Positions 51,173-53,819 of a stretch of DNA of 53,819 bases are shown piece after piece. Source of the stretch: a bacterium. GTDB lineage: Bacteria > SZUA-79 > Acidulodesulfobacterales > Acidulodesulfobacteraceae. A model generated the notes under the pieces. It saw nothing but the letters and a program-made list of their open reading frames with translations, did not search any database and was not told the origin of the DNA. The translations under genes and the position numbers were made by a program. Numbering within the stretch: the first letter of the stretch is position 1; each line of letters begins with the position of its first letter. The DNA is taken from assembly GCA_027319095.1 (NCBI GenBank), contig DAHVNW010000008.1, forward strand, positions 1 to 53,819. Reading direction: 5' to 3'.

Positions 51173-51778
51173 TCATAACAGCCGGTATTTATTCAATAGC
51201 GGAATTAGTTTGTCTATGCAAAGCCCTAGAATGTTTTCGAAAGATCCGGCATAATTTTCAACAATGCCGTTTTCGTCTTGTATGCCGTAGCTTCCGGCCT
51301 TGTCGTAAGGCAGATATTTTTTTATATAATCCCTTATTTCGGCATCGGTTAAGGATTTGATTTTAACAAGCGATTTACCAACGTCCGTTTCGCATATGCC
51401 TGTTTTGCGGTTGACCAAACTTATTCCGGTATAGATTTCATGAGTTTTTCCAGAAAGACTTTTTATTATTTCCGAGGCTTCAAAAAAATCGGAAGGCTTT
51501 CCGTATACCTTTTTGTCGAAATATACGAGCGTATCTGCGCCTATAATAAAATTATCGGGATAGTCGTTTTCTATGCTTTTTGCCTTGTCCGCCGCAAGAT
51601 TCATGACAAAATTTTCGATTGAAATACCGCTTTTTTTAGAATATTTAGGCTCCATTTCAATCTTATGCCCGACCGCGGAAAAATTTAATCCAAGCTTATC
51701 AAGAAGATAAAATCTTCTTTCCGAAGAAGATGCAAGTATTATATCTATTTCTTTATTTTTAGGATTTTCAGGCTGCAT
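51173..51778 (-). CDS. maf: Maf-family nucleotide pyrophosphatase
   Basis: IILASSSERRFYLLDKLGL. Confidence 0.85.
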   Translation of the reverse strand: MQPENPKNKEIDIILASSSERRFYLLDKLGLNFSAVGHKIEMEPKYSKKSGISIENFVMNLAADKAKSIENDYPDNFIIGADTLVYFDKKVYGKPSDFFEASEIIKSLSGKTHEIYTGISLVNRKTGICETDVGKSLVKIKSLTDAEIRDYIKKYLPYDKAGSYGIQDENGIVENYAGSFENILGLCIDKLIPLLNKYRLL

Positions 51779-51796
51779 TTCATATTTGATTTATTT

Positions 51797-52423
51797 TTAT
51801 TTATATGCGTCCTTCTGCGGCCTTTTTCCGAAGACGACGGTTCCAAGCCTTACAATCGTAGCTCCTTCTTCTACCGCAACCTCGAAGTCGTGGGAAGTTC
51901 CCATAGACAGGGTATTAAGTTTGCTTCCATAAATACCCTTGCCGTTTATTTCTTCCAGCAGTTCTTTTAGTTCTCTAAAGTATTTCCTGTTTTCCTCCGG
52001 TTCTTTCGCAAGTGGAGGCATCGCCATTAAGCCCAGCAGTTTTAAATAAGCGAGCCGCCGTAATTCCTTAACTAAGTTTAAAGTATCTTTTCTTTGTATC
52101 CCGTTTTTGGTGTTTTCCTCCGTGAGATTAACTTCTATTAGAATATTCGTTCTAATATTTTTGTCACCGGAATGTTTGTCTATTATTTTTGCCAGTTCCA
52201 TACTGTCTATCGAATGGATTAAATCGATTTTTCCTATAATGCGCTTAACTTTATTTTTTTGGAGGTGCCCGATTAAATGCCACGAAATGTTTCGGCGTTT
52301 ATTCAGAGTTAAATCATTATATTTTGACAAAAACTCTTGCACGTAATTTTCTCCGAATACTTTAAAGCAGCAATTAATAGCTTTTTCAATTTCTTCAGGG
52401 GTTCTGGTTTTAGAGACGGCCAA
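51797..52423 (-). CDS. yggS: YggS-family PLP-homeostasis protein; true start probably further upstream
   Basis: The track start is a TTG. The conserved N-terminal region (NIEDIRIRVGDAAVRSGRTLSDITILAVSKT) continues in frame upstream to ~52510 with no ATG/GTG. Confidence 0.75.
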   Translation of the reverse strand: MAVSKTRTPEEIEKAINCCFKVFGENYVQEFLSKYNDLTLNKRRNISWHLIGHLQKNKVKRIIGKIDLIHSIDSMELAKIIDKHSGDKNIRTNILIEVNLTEENTKNGIQRKDTLNLVKELRRLAYLKLLGLMAMPPLAKEPEENRKYFRELKELLEEINGKGIYGSKLNTLSMGTSHDFEVAVEEGATIVRLGTVVFGKRPQKDAYK

Positions 52424-52751
52424 AATCGTTATATCAGAAAGCGTTCTTCCGCTTCGAACCGCAGCATCCCCAACCCTTATCCTAATATCCTCGATATTTT
52501 TTTTAATATCGTTCTTGAAATCTTCCGTTTGCTATGCCCCCATAAAAGTAATGGTTTTTAGTTTTTGATTAAATAATGCAAAACATGCTTATTATATATA
52601 ATATTATGTATCGGTCATTATGTCAAAATAATATGCCGTAAAAATTTAAATGACAAATGCATATTTAAATCAGGTTTAGAAAATATTTATAAATTTTAAA
52701 GTTAACCTAGATAATAAATTTATAAATCGAGTTTTGGAGCATAAAAATTTG

Positions 52752-52790
52752 TTGACAAGTTTATAAAAAATTTGTTATTATTAAAATTTC
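52752..52790 (+). promoter_or_regulatory. Candidate sigma70-type promoter for the tRNA array (TTGACA -35 at 52752..52757, AT-rich -10 ~17 bp downstream)
   Basis: Hexamer read from the sequence. Confidence 0.35.
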
Positions 52791-52822
52791 TAAATTATTA
52801 TGGACGGGGGGATTTTTGCCTT

Positions 52823-52897
52823 GCTGGCGTAGCTCAATGGTAGAGCAGCTGATTTGTAATCAGCAGGTTGCGGGTTCGATTCCCATCGCCAGCTCCA
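52823..52897 (+). tRNA. tRNA-Thr (UGU)
   Basis: Manual fold: acceptor GCTGGCG/CGCCAGC; anticodon loop TTTGTAA. One C-A mismatch in the T-stem. Confidence 0.8.
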
Positions 52898-52938
52898 AAA
52901 TAAAGATTAACGAAAAAGATTTAAAGATTGCGTGTTGA

Positions 52939-53024
52939 GGAGAGGTGCCCGAGCGGCTAAAGGGAACAGACTGTAAATCTGTCGGCGCGAGTCTACGAAG
53001 GTTCGAATCCTTCCCTCTCCACCA
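52939..53024 (+). tRNA. tRNA-Tyr (GUA), long variable arm
   Basis: Near-identical in layout to E. coli tRNA-Tyr; anticodon loop CTGTAAA; CCA encoded. Confidence 0.85.
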
Positions 53025-53065
53025 TCTAAAAAGATGGGTTAATAATAATTGTTATATTTTACGTA

Positions 53066-53121
53066 AGTTGGATAGAGAGGATCACGACCAAAGGGAGGCA
53101 TCCTTCCCTCTCCACCATACT
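53066..53121 (+). pseudogene. Truncated pseudo-tRNA-Tyr copy (acceptor/D-arm remnant joined to the T-arm/acceptor 3' end; anticodon region deleted)
   Basis: GAGAGG..CGAcCAAAGGGA..ATCCTTCCCTCTCCACCA. 19 nt are identical to 53007..53025. Confidence 0.6.
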
Positions 53122-53209
53122 AAAATAAAGATTAGTTGGCATGTTTACAAAAAAGACCAGACGGTAAAAGCGATTAAAGTGGTTATATATATATTTTAAT
53201 TTTTTTAAT

Positions 53210-53286
53210 GCGGGAATAGCTCAGTCGGCTAGAGCGTCAGCCTTCCAAGCTGAGGGTCGCGGGTTCGAATCCCGTTTCCCGCTCCA
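53210..53286 (+). tRNA. tRNA-Gly (UCC)
   Basis: Anticodon loop CTTCCAA; acceptor GCGGGAA/TTCCCGC. Confidence 0.85.
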
Positions 53287-53315
53287 TTTTTATGTTGGAT
53301 AGATTTTAAAATAGC

Positions 53316-53390
53316 GCCCATGTAGCTCAGTGGTGGAGCACTTCCTTGGTAAGGAAGAGGCCATCGGTTCAATCCCGATCATGGGCTCCA
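53316..53390 (+). tRNA. tRNA-Thr (GGU)
   Basis: Anticodon loop TTGGTAA; acceptor GCCCATG/CATGGGC. Confidence 0.85.
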
Positions 53391-53446
53391 AAAATAACAA
53401 GTTTAAGTTTAAATACATTTTTTTTAATTTTTCATAGGAGGAACTA

Positions 53447-53819
53447 ATGTCCAAAGAGAAATTCGACAGATCTAAGCCACACGTAAACATAGGAACTATA
53501 GGTCACGTAGATCACGGCAAAACAACCTTAACTGCCGCCATTACCAAGGTTCTTGCAAGAAAAGGACAGGCTACTTTCAAATCCTACGACCAGATAGACA
53601 ATGCGCCTGAAGAAAGGGAAAGGGGCATAACCATAGCTACTTCCCACGTGGAATATCAAACAGACAAAAGGCACTATGCGCATGTAGACTGTCCCGGCCA
53701 TGCGGATTACGTCAAAAATATGATAACGGGAGCTGCCCAGATGGACGGAGCGATACTCGTGGTTTCAGCCGCAGACGGACCTATGCCCCAGACCCGCGAG
53801 CATATACTTTTAGCCCGCC
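53447..53819 (+). CDS. tuf: Elongation factor Tu (3'-truncated by the window edge)
   Basis: [28 protein letters not shown]...[14 protein letters not shown] Shine-Dalgarno. Classic thrT-tyrT-glyT-thrT-tuf arrangement. Confidence 0.95.
   Translation, partial: MSKEKFDRSKPHVNIGTIGHVDHGKTTLTAAITKVLARKGQATFKSYDQIDNAPEERERGITIATSHVEYQTDKRHYAHVDCPGHADYVKNMITGAAQMDGAILVVSAADGPMPQTREHILLAR

Noticed and set aside
52945-53199. 84-aa + strand ORF
   Set aside because: Spans tRNA-Tyr and the pseudo-tRNA-Tyr; it is the tRNA sequence read as protein.
53290-53490. 66-aa minus-strand ORF
   Set aside because: Overlaps tRNA-Thr(GGU) and the tuf start antisense.

Overview
Low-GC (~33%) chromosomal window from a Gram-negative-type bacterium (outer-membrane TonB system, Tat signal, c-type cytochrome). 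The window is mostly housekeeping and central metabolism: the pentose-phosphate cluster gnd/zwf/tkt/tal, IorAB, GlcD/F-like oxidase, HtrA, a family-4 uracil-DNA glycosylase (UDG), an NfeD/stomatin pair, maf and yggS. It ends in a classic tRNA-Thr/Tyr/Gly/Thr array followed by tuf. The main finding is a strongly phosphate-themed neighbourhood. An OmpR-type two-component pair (1900..3817, minus strand) sits divergently from the first of eight copies of a ~55-bp conserved promoter motif. The motif is built from five tandem 11-bp units (GTTACA/TTAACA/GTCATA/GTAACA/TTGATA + A/T spacer) and ends in an extended -10. This has the architecture of a PhoB-type Pho box. The copies precede: a novel small Cys-rich protein, a Tat-exported phosphoesterase (PLC/AcpA family), a TPR protein, a TonB-dependent receptor, exbB-tonB-exbD, a PHS/Pho84-type MFS phosphate transporter, and a 98-aa charged protein (minus strand). 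A CHAD-ppx-ppx-ppk1 polyphosphate operon and a PHP phosphoesterase gene each carry a different shared inverted-repeat element upstream. Two paralogous ~50-aa Cys-rich (zinc-ribbon-like) domains occur in two of the Pho-box operons and look like an undescribed family. Other accessory signals are a tRNA-His-flanked mini-islet (44-bp direct repeat of the tRNA 3' half) carrying hicB and a hicA with an in-frame TAG, a truncated pseudo-tRNA-Tyr copy, a Phd/PIN toxin-antitoxin pair, and a nucleotidyltransferase-like pair next to a compositionally foreign fragment. No CRISPR, rRNA or intact transposase was seen.
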